Origin: an uncultured Haloferula sp.
GTDB taxonomy: Bacteria > Verrucomicrobiota > Verrucomicrobiia > Verrucomicrobiales > Akkermansiaceae
DNA length: 64,000 nucleotides
NCBI GenBank assembly: GCA_965652295.1
Contig: CBFGTS010000006.1
Location: 64,001 to 128,000, forward strand
Direction of reading: 5' to 3'
Shown: piece by piece, positions 53,365 through 63,098 of the stretch
Numbering within the stretch: position 1 is the first letter of the stretch
How the letters are laid out: each line of letters opens with the position of its first letter
Position numbers and translations under genes: made by a program
The notes under the pieces: model-generated
What the model was told of the DNA's origin: nothing
What the model saw: the letters and a program-made list of their open reading frames with translations, nothing else
Database searches by the model: none

Positions 53365-56037
53365 TCAACCACCCCCCGGCTGCACGGCGGCGGACCGGTT
53401 GCGGTGGAGCGCGGGGCGGACAACACCGACGAGGTCCTCGGGATCGGCCTGGAAGGCGGGACCGAGGAAGGCGCGGAGCCGGTGGAGTTCGTGCAGCGGG
53501 TCGCGGACGAGAGTGGGATAGTCGATTTCCAAAAGATCGATGCGCGGGTTCCGCCGGAGTTGCCCGAGCAGGCGGGTGAGGTGCGCCTGCTGGAGATCAA
53601 TCAACTTTTCGACAGGAGCGGCCGGGCTTTCGCCGCGGCGCTCGAGCATCTTGGCCTGGGAGGCGACGATTTCCTCGATCGGCCGGCGCATGAAGACGAT
53701 GCGGTAGCGGTGGCGGGGCGGGAGGCTCGGCAGCAGGGCGGAAACGACCTTGATCGTCTTGCCTTCCGCCTGCTCGATGATTTCCGGCCGTTGGCGGAGC
53801 GAGCGGATCTCGTCCCACTCCCAGTAGCCCTCGGGATTGTCCTCATCGGCCGCGCGTTTGCCGTCGTGCATGACCGGCATGCCCGCGGCGCGGAGGATCT
53901 GCATCGTGAGCGATGTGCCGGAGCGCGGGAGTCCTGAAACAAGCGTGAACTCAAGACTGCGGGCGGAGGTCTCATCGGGCGGCGCGCTTTTGACGCGGAG
54001 CCGGGCCCGCTCGGCGGATGCCTTGCGGATCCGGTCGCGTTGCTTGTCGAACTCCGAGTTTTCCATGGCCCGTCGCAAACGGGCTTGGGCGAGCGCGTCC
54101 TCGGCACCCGGGCGACCGAGCGTGCGGCGCACGCGGGTGAGGTGCCGCGCCGCGGGTCGGTGCGAAGGGGCGAGCTGCAGGCAGTTGTTGAGAGCGGCTT
54201 CAGCCGCTTCAAGCTCGCCGCACCGCGCCAGAGCCACACCGAGCAGGAAATGGGCACGCGGCGCACCATACTGGAGCCCCACGGCGTCGAGCGCCGTCTC
54301 GGCCGCGTCGCGCGGTTTTCCGCCGTGGAGCTGGCAGCGCGCGAGGGCGAGATGGGCGCGGGCGTCGCCGGGATCGAGCGCCAGCATACGACGGGCGATT
54401 TCCTCGGCATCGGTCCAGCGGCGCAGCGCCAGATAAGCCTCGGCCAGGCCTCGCAGGAGTTGGGGATTTTCCGGTTCGGTTTCCCGCACGATCGCCAACT
54501 GCTCGAGCGCCTCGGCGTGCCGGCCGCGCTGGGCTGCGACGCTCGCCAGCAACAGCCGCGCCGGCGTGGTAGGACCGAGATTTTCAAGGCAGGCGCGCAG
54601 GGTCTCTTCGGCCTCGTCGGCCAAACCCAGTTTGAGTTGCGTCCGCGCAAGCAATTGCCCGTAGTCCGCCCGTCCGGGCGCGGCGGCGAGGCACTCCTCC
54701 AGGAGTTCGAGGGCCCGCTCGAATTTGCCGCCGTATAGACAGGCGCGGGCGAGGTTCCAACGGTTCTCCCGCTCGGTCGCGGCCCCAGCTTCGGGGCCGA
54801 GCGAGGCCTGATCGATGTATCCGAGGGCGACGAACTGCTCGAGCAGCGCGTCCCCGGCCTCCTGCGGCAGGCGCGGATGACGGGGTTCGTCGTCCGGCGT
54901 CTCCCACGTCGGACAGGTTTCCACCGGCTGCGGCTCGAGGAAAGCTTCCAGCAGAACCCGCCCCTCCATGTCGTCGCCGACCGGCAGCCCGAAGTGGTGG
55001 AGGACGGTGGGTGCGATGTCGAGCAGGCGCGCGCCGTGGATCAGGCGGTCCTGCGCGAGATCCGGCCCGCGGGCGGCGATCATACCCTGCGCGCGGTGCC
55101 AGACGGTGATGCCGGCCGGCACCCGCGGCGTGAAGCGCGGCCGGAGGTGGTCGCTGTGAAAACCGTGATCGGAAACCAGCACCACCGTCGCATCCGGCCC
55201 CGCCAGATGCATGAGCCGCTGGAGCATCATGTCGTGCGCGCGATAGGAGCCGTTCACGACGTCGCGGTACATCTCGAAATCCGCCTCCGGCACCCCCTCC
55301 ATGCGCGGCGGGTGGAAGGGCATGAAGGTGTGGGAAATCTCATCGATCGCCCGGAAATAGACCGCCATGAAATCCCAGTCCGGATCCTTTTCCATCAGCC
55401 ACGTCGCCGCCGACTGCACCGAGTAGGCCTCGGCGAGCTTGTCCGCGAGGAAATGCAGGCGGCGGTCCTTCGACTGATCCACCTCCGCGGCGCGCGGGAC
55501 GAAAGCGCGGAGCACCTCGGCGTCGATCTCGCGCGGGCTCACCCGCAGCGCGTCCAACTCCCGGCCAAGGTCCTCCGGCCAATAGGTTCCGGGAGGAGGA
55601 GGAGGCCATTGCTCCGGGCCGGCTTCCGGCGGCACCGGCCCCAGGTGAGGGAAAAGATTCGAAACCATCCCACCGTTCAGTCCGCGCTCGCCCTGGGTGG
55701 CGAACCAACCCACCACGTGGCTTCGCAGCCCGTGGTCGCCGAGCATTTCCCAGATCGTACGAGACCGGCGGGTGGCGGCGGATACCGGGACAACGCGCCC
55801 GCTGGCGGGATCCACCTCGGTGAAACCGAGGACGCCGTGGTGATACGCCATCTTGCCGGTGGCGATCGAGGTCCAGAGCATCGGCGACAACTGCGGCTCA
55901 AGCGTCGCGAGATTTCCGGAAACTCCACCCTCCACCAACTGCTGCACGCCGGGCAGCATGCCGGCGTCCAGCAAGGGATGGATGACCTTCCAATCGGCCG
56001 AATCCCAGCCGATCAGGAGTAAACGTTGGCGGGCCAT
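53365..56037 (-). CDS. Alkaline-phosphatase-superfamily (phosphodiesterase-type) domain + TPR repeats + sulfotransferase domain fusion
   Basis: LIGWDSADW, LSPMLWTSIATG, DEISH and SDHGF; several TPR helix pairs; PAPS-binding SGLPRSGTS and MRRPIEEIVAS. Confidence 0.87.
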   Translation of the reverse strand: MARQRLLLIGWDSADWKVIHPLLDAGMLPGVQQLVEGGVSGNLATLEPQLSPMLWTSIATGKMAYHHGVLGFTEVDPASGRVVPVSAATRRSRTIWEMLGDHGLRSHVVGWFATQGERGLNGGMVSNLFPHLGPVPPEAGPEQWPPPPPGTYWPEDLGRELDALRVSPREIDAEVLRAFVPRAAEVDQSKDRRLHFLADKLAEAYSVQSAATWLMEKDPDWDFMAVYFRAIDEISHTFMPFHPPRMEGVPEADFEMYRDVVNGSYRAHDMMLQRLMHLAGPDATVVLVSDHGFHSDHLRPRFTPRVPAGITVWHRAQGMIAARGPDLAQDRLIHGARLLDIAPTVLHHFGLPVGDDMEGRVLLEAFLEPQPVETCPTWETPDDEPRHPRLPQEAGDALLEQFVALGYIDQASLGPEAGAATERENRWNLARACLYGGKFERALELLEECLAAAPGRADYGQLLARTQLKLGLADEAEETLRACLENLGPTTPARLLLASVAAQRGRHAEALEQLAIVRETEPENPQLLRGLAEAYLALRRWTDAEEIARRMLALDPGDARAHLALARCQLHGGKPRDAAETALDAVGLQYGAPRAHFLLGVALARCGELEAAEAALNNCLQLAPSHRPAARHLTRVRRTLGRPGAEDALAQARLRRAMENSEFDKQRDRIRKASAERARLRVKSAPPDETSARSLEFTLVSGLPRSGTSLTMQILRAAGMPVMHDGKRAADEDNPEGYWEWDEIRSLRQRPEIIEQAEGKTIKVVSALLPSLPPRHRYRIVFMRRPIEEIVASQAKMLERRGESPAAPVEKLIDLQQAHLTRLLGQLRRNPRIDLLEIDYPTLVRDPLHELHRLRAFLGPAFQADPEDLVGVVRPALHRNRSAAVQPGGG

Positions 56038-56046
56038 GGCGGCGCG

Positions 56047-56658
56047 TCAGGCCGCTTTGCGTTGGCGCCGGGTGATCAGACCGCCCGCGCCCAACGCGAG
56101 CAGGGCGAGGGCCGAAGGCTCCGGCACCGCATCGATGGCGGTCTTGCCGGCGGAGATACTGAGGGCGCTGCCGTCGTCGTTCACCGCGAGGGCCACGAGG
56201 TAGCCGCCCCCTGCCCCATCCAGATAGAACTGCCCCACCGCCTCATACACGTCATCGTCACCGTCGAAGGAGATGTTGGCGTAGTTGAATGTGGTGTCGA
56301 GGGTGGCCCCATACGTCGGCACGCTATCGATGCGATACTGGCCGTAACCCCAGGTCTCGAGGGAAGCGAGATCGCTCTCTCCGTCCGTGAAGTAGTTCAA
56401 GCCGACATTGCTGAACGCGGCGCGCGCATCAACGGCATCGACCACTCCATAGTATTTCTCGTCAGTAAAGATATTCTGGTAAAAGAGCCCCACCGAGATC
56501 CCGGCCGGCGTGGCGGGAGTGGAACTGGAATTCTGGGCACCTGGACCATAGAAAGTCACCAGAATCGCCGCGTCTGCTTGGCCAGCCAAACAACCGGCGC
56601 CAAGGCTTGCAGTGAGGTAGGAGGTGAGCTTCGACGGCTTGGGGTGTCGGGTTTTCAT
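56047..56658 (-). CDS. PEP-CTERM surface protein
   Basis: N-terminal signal ending ADA|AI; C-terminal VPEPSALALLALGAGGLITRRQRK. Confidence 0.93.
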   Translation of the reverse strand: MKTRHPKPSKLTSYLTASLGAGCLAGQADAAILVTFYGPGAQNSSSTPATPAGISVGLFYQNIFTDEKYYGVVDAVDARAAFSNVGLNYFTDGESDLASLETWGYGQYRIDSVPTYGATLDTTFNYANISFDGDDDVYEAVGQFYLDGAGGGYLVALAVNDDGSALSISAGKTAIDAVPEPSALALLALGAGGLITRRQRKAA

Positions 56659-57051
56659 GGATTTCGTCAGAATGGTGACGTGGAGGTTGCTAAATATCTT
56701 GCGTTCCCCGCAATATCAAAGTTGCTTCATCGTGAAATCCGCGTTCATCCGGGAACAACTCTCTCATCGTCTATCGACAACTTCAGTCGCCGCAAGGATG
56801 AGGAGTATCAGAGATGGCAGAACCGGGGGATCACGCAAACGCGTCATGCGACCGCATCCGTCTTCGATGGAGTCTGCGCGGCGACCCCGAAACACGAGGG
56901 CTCATCACCAAAAATCTCCAAGAACGTTCCGGTCTCCCGAGAGACGGCGTGGACGGGCATTCCGGCGCTGAGGACCGCCCATACTGGCCTCGGCCCGGGA
57001 GAACAGGCACTCCCACTTTGCGACTCCGTGGATCCGGCGCTATGTTCCTGA

Positions 57052-58251
57052 ATGTCGACCTCTCATCCCACGACCGATCTTTCCATCCAGTTTCTCACCT
57101 CGCTTGATTCCGAACGTTTCAAACGCCTCACCGCCGCGCCCCCTGAGGGCGGGCAGATCGCCACCATCCTTCTTCCCATGGAGGTGAAAGGCGCGGAAAC
57201 GCGGAAGAACCGGATCGCATTCAAAAACGCGCTCGCCGAGCTGCGCTCCCGGCTCAAAGGCAACGGCGGAGCGAGGCTTGGGCGGGTGCTGGAGGAACTC
57301 GAATGCCTGGACGCCCCCACACATGAGTTCTGGCAGCACCAGCACGAGGGCCTCGCGCTGGTGATCCGCGAAGATGGCACGACGGATGCATACGGGCTGC
57401 CCTTTGCACCGGAGTCCCGCGTCCATCTCGGAGAAGCACCATACTTGACCCCGCTGGCACGCCTGATCGGGGGCTTCGAGGCCCACGTGCTGGTGCTCGA
57501 TCTCGACCACGTCCGTCTTTTCTACGCCACCCGCTGGCGGGTACAGGAACTCAAACTGGAGCACACACCGCTGAGCCTTGATGAGGCCATGGCCACCGAC
57601 GATCCGGAGAAGAGCCTCCAGTTCCGCAGCGTTTCCTCCTCGAACCTGCCCGGCGAAGGAGGCGGAACCGCCGCTTTTCACGGCCATGGCATCACGGGGG
57701 ACGAAACCCGTCGCAAGCGCGCCAAGCGCTTCTTCGAACAACTGGACAACGGCGTGCGCGCCACCGCCGGCGACAATGTCCCGCTCGTGCTCTGCGGCCC
57801 CGACGATGAAATCGGCCTCTACCGCGAGGTGAACCACCACCCAAAGCTCAGCCACGAAGCGATCCGCTTCAACGCCAGCAACCTCGACCGCGACGAGCTT
57901 CACCGCCGCATGCGCGAGTGGGTCATCGAGCGCGACGATGCGCTCGTCGAGGAAAGCCTCGGCAACCTGCAGGAGGGCCTCGCCAAGGCCGAGGCGGTGG
58001 ATGAAATCGGGGAGATCGTGCGTTCCGCGAAGAACGGCCGGATCGCCGTGCTTTTCGTCGAGACCGGAGCCCGGCTCTACGGCATCGGGGATGAAACCGG
58101 AGCCATCGTTCATGACTCCCCGCAGCCCGGAGATGAAGAACTGCTCGGCCGCGCCGCCCACCAGGTCGCCAGCCAGGGAGGACGCGTTCATTTCCTCGAT
58201 CCAGGAAGGCTCGCCAACGGCAGCAAGGCAGCGGCAATCCTGCGCTACTGA
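57052..58251 (+). CDS. Bacterial archaeo-eukaryotic release factor 1 homologue (baeRF3/baeRF7-like)
   Basis: NRIAFKNAL, FWQHQHEGLAL, YLTPL, FHGHG, PLVLCG, GRIAVLFV and terminal AAAILRY. Confidence 0.75.
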   Translation: MSTSHPTTDLSIQFLTSLDSERFKRLTAAPPEGGQIATILLPMEVKGAETRKNRIAFKNALAELRSRLKGNGGARLGRVLEELECLDAPTHEFWQHQHEGLALVIREDGTTDAYGLPFAPESRVHLGEAPYLTPLARLIGGFEAHVLVLDLDHVRLFYATRWRVQELKLEHTPLSLDEAMATDDPEKSLQFRSVSSSNLPGEGGGTAAFHGHGITGDETRRKRAKRFFEQLDNGVRATAGDNVPLVLCGPDDEIGLYREVNHHPKLSHEAIRFNASNLDRDELHRRMREWVIERDDALVEESLGNLQEGLAKAEAVDEIGEIVRSAKNGRIAVLFVETGARLYGIGDETGAIVHDSPQPGDEELLGRAAHQVASQGGRVHFLDPGRLANGSKAAAILRY

Positions 58252-58300
58252 GGGAAGCGTTTCTTGAAAGTTCGGGCGGCCGGGCGACGATTCCTCCATC

Positions 58301-59404
58301 GTGCGCGCCCCCCTCCTTTTCGTCGTCCTTGCTGGCTGCCTGCTGGCGGAGGCGGCCGATCGCTTTTCCCCTGGCGAGATCTGGCCGGATGATCAGGGCG
58401 TTCACATCAACGCCCACGGCGGCGGCGTGCTTTTCCATGAAGGAACCTACTATTGGTTCGGCGAGCACAAGGTGTCCGGACCGCGGGGAAACTCGGCCCA
58501 GGTCGGCGTGAGCTGCTACTCTTCCACCGACCTCTACCACTGGAAGAACGAGGGCATCGCCCTGGCCGTGGAGGAAAAGAGGAGTAGCGAGATCACCCGC
58601 GGCTCCATCATTGAGCGGCCGAAAGTCGTCTACAACCGGAAGACCCGGAAGTTCGTGATGTGGTTTCACCTCGAACATCGCGGCGAAAGCTACGGCACCG
58701 CCCGCTGCGCGGTGGCCACTTCCGACAAGGTCACCGGTCCCTACGATTTCATCGAAAGCCACCGCCCGAACCGCGGCGAGTGGCCGCAGAACTACGACCG
58801 CAGGGAAACCAAGGACCAGTGGGTGGACTACCTCAAGCGCGACCGCCGGCGCGGCCAGATGGCGCGCGACATGACCGTGTTCGTCGACGACGACGAAAAG
58901 GCTTACCTCATTTCCTCCGCCGAGGAGAACTACACGCTCAACATCTCTCTGCTCACCGACGACTATCTCGATTTCACCGGCACCTTCTGGCGCCTCTTCC
59001 CCGGCGGGCACAACGAAGCGCCCGCCCTCTGCAAGCACGACGGCAAATACTGGCTGCTCGCCTCCGGCTGCACCGGCTGGGACCCGAACGAAGCCCGCTC
59101 GTACGTCGCCGACTCGATCGGAGGCCCATGGAAAACCCTCGGCAACCCCTGCACCGGGCCGAACGGCACGGGCGGCATGGGCCCCGAGAAAACCTTCGGC
59201 GGTCAGAGCACTTTCATCCTCCCCATCCACGGCAAGCCCGGCCAGTTCATCGCCATGTTCGACGTCTGGCGGCCGAAAGACCCCATCGACGGCCGCTACC
59301 TCTGGCTGCCCATGAACTTCGAAAACGGCCGGATGACCATCGTCTGCCCGAAAAGCTGGCAGCTGAGCGACCTTGATGTGCTCTCGGAAGTCGCCACGCC
59401 GTGA
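58301..59404 (+). CDS. Secreted glycoside hydrolase family 43 (GH43_24-like)
   Basis: INAHGGG, YYWFGE, IERPKV, ARDMTVFVDDD, EAPA, SGCTGWDPN and QST. Confidence 0.9.
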   Translation: MRAPLLFVVLAGCLLAEAADRFSPGEIWPDDQGVHINAHGGGVLFHEGTYYWFGEHKVSGPRGNSAQVGVSCYSSTDLYHWKNEGIALAVEEKRSSEITRGSIIERPKVVYNRKTRKFVMWFHLEHRGESYGTARCAVATSDKVTGPYDFIESHRPNRGEWPQNYDRRETKDQWVDYLKRDRRRGQMARDMTVFVDDDEKAYLISSAEENYTLNISLLTDDYLDFTGTFWRLFPGGHNEAPALCKHDGKYWLLASGCTGWDPNEARSYVADSIGGPWKTLGNPCTGPNGTGGMGPEKTFGGQSTFILPIHGKPGQFIAMFDVWRPKDPIDGRYLWLPMNFENGRMTIVCPKSWQLSDLDVLSEVATP

Positions 59405-59420
59405 GCGGCCTCCATCGCCC

Positions 59421-59595
59421 GGTAGGGACCGGCGGCCCGCCGGTCCGATTCTCCCTCGCCGCAGGCGGAACTCTTCGGCGGACCGGGCCGGTCCGCCCTA
59501 CCGTCTGCCTTCATCATCCGGTAGGGACCGGCGGCCCGCCGGTCCGATTCTCCCCGCCGCAGGTCCTTCGGCGGACCGGGCCGGTCCGCCCTACC
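59421..59595. repeat. Two tandem GTAG-type REP doublets (59421-59502 and 59520-59595)
   Basis: Each is GGTAGGGACCGGCGGCCCGCCGGTCCG ... CGGCGGACCGGGCCGGTCCGCCCTACC, lying between convergent genes. Confidence 0.9.
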
Positions 59596-59638
59596 TTTGA
59601 TCCAATTCACCCACGGTGCCGTGACGACTCCGTTGCGG

Positions 59639-61120
59639 TCACGACAGCACCTCGACCGTCACATCCATGCGCCTGCCATCAACGGTGAGCGCATAACGTT
59701 TCTCCGGACCTCGAGGCGCAGGCTCTGCTGCGGCAACGGCAGCGGGCTTCACGGGGACGGGCGGGGTTTTCTCCGACCGAAGCGCTTCAAGCTGCGCCGG
59801 GAACATCGCGTGGATGACGCAATGCTCGTCGTCGGACGGAAGGCCCTTCGCCTCCAGCTCGCGACGGAGATCCTCCATGTGCTTCGGTTTGGCATCGGGC
59901 GCGTCGGCGGGCCGGCACGTGATCGGCTGCTTGCCCGCATGCTTCGCTGCGAGCTCCTGCAGCTCCGCGCTGACAGGTGCCGGCGTGCGACCGTAGTAGC
60001 CGAGCGCGATGTCCGCCGCCTGCGGCGAAAGCTGTTTCCAGCGGCCGAACTTGACGTTGAGAAACGCCTGCATGCCGACGATCTGCGAGGTCGGCGTGAC
60101 GAGAGGAATCCAGCCGAGCGCCTCGCGGACCACCGGGATTTCCCGGAACACCTCGTCGAAGCGGTCCTCCATCTTCTGCTCCTTGAGCTGGGTGCGGAAG
60201 TTCGAGAGCATGCCGCCCGGCACCTGATATTCGAGCGTGTCGCTGTCCACGATCTCGTTCTGGTGCGAGGTGAACTCGCTCAACTCGGCGTAGGCTTCCT
60301 CCAAAGGCGCACGCATCGCCTTCAGGGCTTCCCGTTGCGCGGGCGAAACCTCCGGACAGCGCGGATGACCTTCGAGCAACGCCAGCATCCGGGCCGCGTC
60401 CGGCTGGCCGGTGCCATTGGCAAAGGGAGCGATCGAGACATCGATGGCATCCACCCCCGCGTCGATCGCCGCAAGATACGTGGCAGCTCCCAGACCCGCG
60501 GTCTCATGAGTGTGGATCCAGACAGGAATGTTGAGCTTCGCTTTCAGCCCGCCGATGATCTCGGCCGCCCGCTGCGGCGGAATGAGCCCGGCCATGTCCT
60601 TGAGCACGATCGCATCGCAGCCCATCTTTTCGAGTTCGTGCCCGAGTCCGATGAAATCCGCCACGGTGTGGACCGGACTGGTGGTGTAGCAGATCGTCCC
60701 GTGGGCCTGCGCGCCGGCGTTCTTCGCCGCATCGATCGCACACCGCATGTTCCGCGGATCATTGAGCGCATCGAAGATCCGGAAGATGTCCATCCCGTGG
60801 CGGGCCGCGGTGGCGATGAAGGCTGCCACCACGTCGTCCGGGAAATGCGCGTACTGCACGATGTTCTGGCCACGCAGCAGCATCATGTGGGGCGTCTTCG
60901 GGCACGCCTGCTTCAACGCATCGAGCCGGTCGAAGGGAAACTCGCCGAGGAAACGAAGGCCGGCGTCGATCGTCGCGCCGCCCCAGGTTTCGAGGGCTCC
61001 GAAGCCCCAGCCGTCGAGCGCCTCGCAGACCGACAGCATTTGCGCGGTGCGCATCCGGGTGGCGGCGAGGCTCTGGTGGCCGTCACGCAGGACGGTGTTG
61101 TTGAAAACGACCGGTTTCAT
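59639..61120 (-). CDS. Pyruvate/oxaloacetate carboxyltransferase (PycB/OadA/transcarboxylase 5S-like), no biotinyl domain
   Basis: LRDGHQSL, WGGAT, MLLRGQN, FRIFDALND, KDMAG, HTH, VPGGMLSN and LVTPTSQIVG; no EAMKM motif. Confidence 0.9.
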   Translation of the reverse strand: MKPVVFNNTVLRDGHQSLAATRMRTAQMLSVCEALDGWGFGALETWGGATIDAGLRFLGEFPFDRLDALKQACPKTPHMMLLRGQNIVQYAHFPDDVVAAFIATAARHGMDIFRIFDALNDPRNMRCAIDAAKNAGAQAHGTICYTTSPVHTVADFIGLGHELEKMGCDAIVLKDMAGLIPPQRAAEIIGGLKAKLNIPVWIHTHETAGLGAATYLAAIDAGVDAIDVSIAPFANGTGQPDAARMLALLEGHPRCPEVSPAQREALKAMRAPLEEAYAELSEFTSHQNEIVDSDTLEYQVPGGMLSNFRTQLKEQKMEDRFDEVFREIPVVREALGWIPLVTPTSQIVGMQAFLNVKFGRWKQLSPQAADIALGYYGRTPAPVSAELQELAAKHAGKQPITCRPADAPDAKPKHMEDLRRELEAKGLPSDDEHCVIHAMFPAQLEALRSEKTPPVPVKPAAVAAAEPAPRGPEKRYALTVDGRRMDVTVEVLS

Positions 61121-61231
61121 GGCTTGTCGGGAGTTTGGGAGCGGGACAGACCGCCCCGCACCTGCCATTGAAACCCCGCCCCCCGGAAGTGGGGAGCGTT
61201 TTGTGTGTCCGCCTTCACGGCGGCGTCGAAG

Positions 61232-61591
61232 TCAGATCGACTTGTAGCGCACCCGCTTGCCGTCGGGTGCCACCGGCCGGTCGTCGACACGCTCGCCGAC
61301 CACATCCATCGACACGCGTCGCGGCCGGGACGCGGGATGATCGTCACTTCCCCGGTCCACCGCCTCATCCGCACGCAGCTCGCGGCCGTCCAGCTTCATG
61401 CCGTTGATGGTTTGCATCGCCTTCATGCCCTCCTCGGGACTGCCGAACGTGACGAAGGCAAAGCCCCTGGGCTTGCCCGTCTCCCGATCGCTCGGACGGT
61501 GGATTTCCATGATCGGCTCGTGTTCGGCCAGCGCTTCCCGCAGGCCGTTGTTGGTCGTCTTGTCGCTGAGGTTGCCTACAAATAATTTCAT
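61232..61591 (-). CDS. RRM RNA-binding protein
   Basis: RNP2 LFVGNL and RNP1 RGFAFVTF. Confidence 0.92.
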   Translation of the reverse strand: MKLFVGNLSDKTTNNGLREALAEHEPIMEIHRPSDRETGKPRGFAFVTFGSPEEGMKAMQTINGMKLDGRELRADEAVDRGSDDHPASRPRRVSMDVVGERVDDRPVAPDGKRVRYKSI

Positions 61592-61793
61592 CTTGGTTCT
61601 TCACGCAATCCCGCCCGGCCACCGGCAAATTGAGACACTGCGCTTCAACCCGACCCGGGCGCTCCGCCCGTCCTGCAAACGACCAATGCCCGCGCGAGGC
61701 CGCGACAGGCTTCAGCCGACCCTTGCACGGATGCCGGTCGATTCCGAATCCTTTTTGTACGGGGATCTTCGTATGCCTGGAAATTTTCCGTCC

Positions 61794-61944
61794 GCGGATG
61801 AAATCCTCTCCCTGCCGGTGCGATTGGAGCACCTACAACACCGCGAAAGGGAAACCTCTCCGCGGGGTGCTCAAAGCGAATCGCTTGGAAGGGGTTGAAG
61901 TGCATCGGCTGGGGGGCTGATCCGCAACCTGGGCCGCAAGGTCC
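61794..61944 (+). ncRNA. Candidate structured non-coding RNA (family not recognised)
   Basis: Nested rod-like pairing closed by a GAAA tetraloop plus a GCAA-capped hairpin; most G-U pairs form only on the + strand. Confidence 0.45.
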
Positions 61945-62054
61945 GTCCGATCTGGTTCATGTTGGGGCGCATGGTTTCGGGGGAAATCGTGCGCTCCATT
62001 TTTTTGCTCCGTCGGTCGTCTCCGTGCCGGAAAAAACAGCCCGACCAGCCGACC

Positions 62055-63094
62055 TCAACGCGGCCCGGTCACAGGTTGCCCTGTCGTCGGCTCCACCGCA
62101 CGCCTCACTTTCCGCCAATCCGCCTCTTCCAGGCAGCAGGGGTCGGCGGCGACCTGGTGGCCGGGCTCGATCTCCACCAGCGACAGATCAAGACCGACGG
62201 TCTCCTCATAGCGCGGATGGCCCATGCGGTGGCCGAAGGCACTGCCGGCGGGTGGATCGATGGGCGAGGGCACGTCGCCCTCCAGCAGGACCCGCTTGAT
62301 CTCCCGGGTGGGATCGGGGTGCGGGATGGCCGAAAGCAACGCCTTGGTGTAGGCATGCTTCGGATTCTGATAGATGGTCTCGGAATCCGCCAGCTCGACG
62401 ATTTTCCCGAGGTACATCACCGCCACGCGATCGGAGATGTGTTTCACCACCGCGAGGTCGTGGGCGATGAAAAGATAGGACAGTCCGAGATCACGCTGCA
62501 GTTCGAGCAACAGATTCATCACCTGGGACTGCACGGAGACATCGAGCGCGGAAACGGGCTCGTCGCAGATGATCAGCTTCGGCTCAAGGGCGATGGCACG
62601 GGCGATGCCGATCCGCTGGCGCTGGCCGCCGGAGAACTCGAACGGGTAGCGGTCGGCACTGGCGGCGGGCAGTCCGACGCGATCGAGCAGCGCGGCGACC
62701 TTTTTCCGCCGTTCCGCCGCCGGCAGACCGCCGTGGATGCGGAAGGGCTCCTCGATGATTTCGCGGACACTGTGGCGGGCGTTGAGCGATTCGGCGGGGT
62801 CTTGGAAAATCATCTGCAAGTCCCGCCGGATGGGCCGCATCCGGTGGCTTCCAGCGCGGGTGATGTCCTGTCCGTCGAAGGTGATCTTACCCGCGGTCGG
62901 TCGCAGCAGGCGGACGAGTGCCTTGGCGATGGTCGATTTCCCGCAACCGGACTCGCCGACCAGCCCGAGGGTTTCGCCGGGAGTGATGGAGAATGAAACG
63001 CCATCGACCGCTTTCACCTCCGCCTTCTGACGCAGCAGCAGGCCGCCGTGCACGGGGAAGTGGACCTTGAGATCTTCGACTTTCAGGATTTCAC

Positions 63095-63098
<4 letters not shown>
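62055..63098 (-). CDS. Oligopeptide/dipeptide ABC ATP-binding protein (OppF/DppF-like)
   Basis: GESGCGKST, QMIFQDP, FSGGQRQRI, ICDEPVSALD and LEGDVPSPIDPP. Confidence 0.95.

Noticed and set aside
59421..59595. Possible CRISPR array
   Set aside because: Only two units, each a pair of inverted GTAG palindromes with related inner sequence; no unique spacers and no cas genes. These are REP doublets.
61730..61898. Short frame with FLYGDLR resembling a gamma-glutamylcyclotransferase start
   Set aside because: Similarity is limited to a few residues and the rest overlaps the structured-RNA candidate.
61911..61944. GGGGCTGAT as a tmRNA 5' end, or the region as SRP RNA or a group II intron end
   Set aside because: No following GATTCGAC or tRNA-like 3' end, no SRP CAGG..GGAA..AGCAG core, and no domain V consensus.
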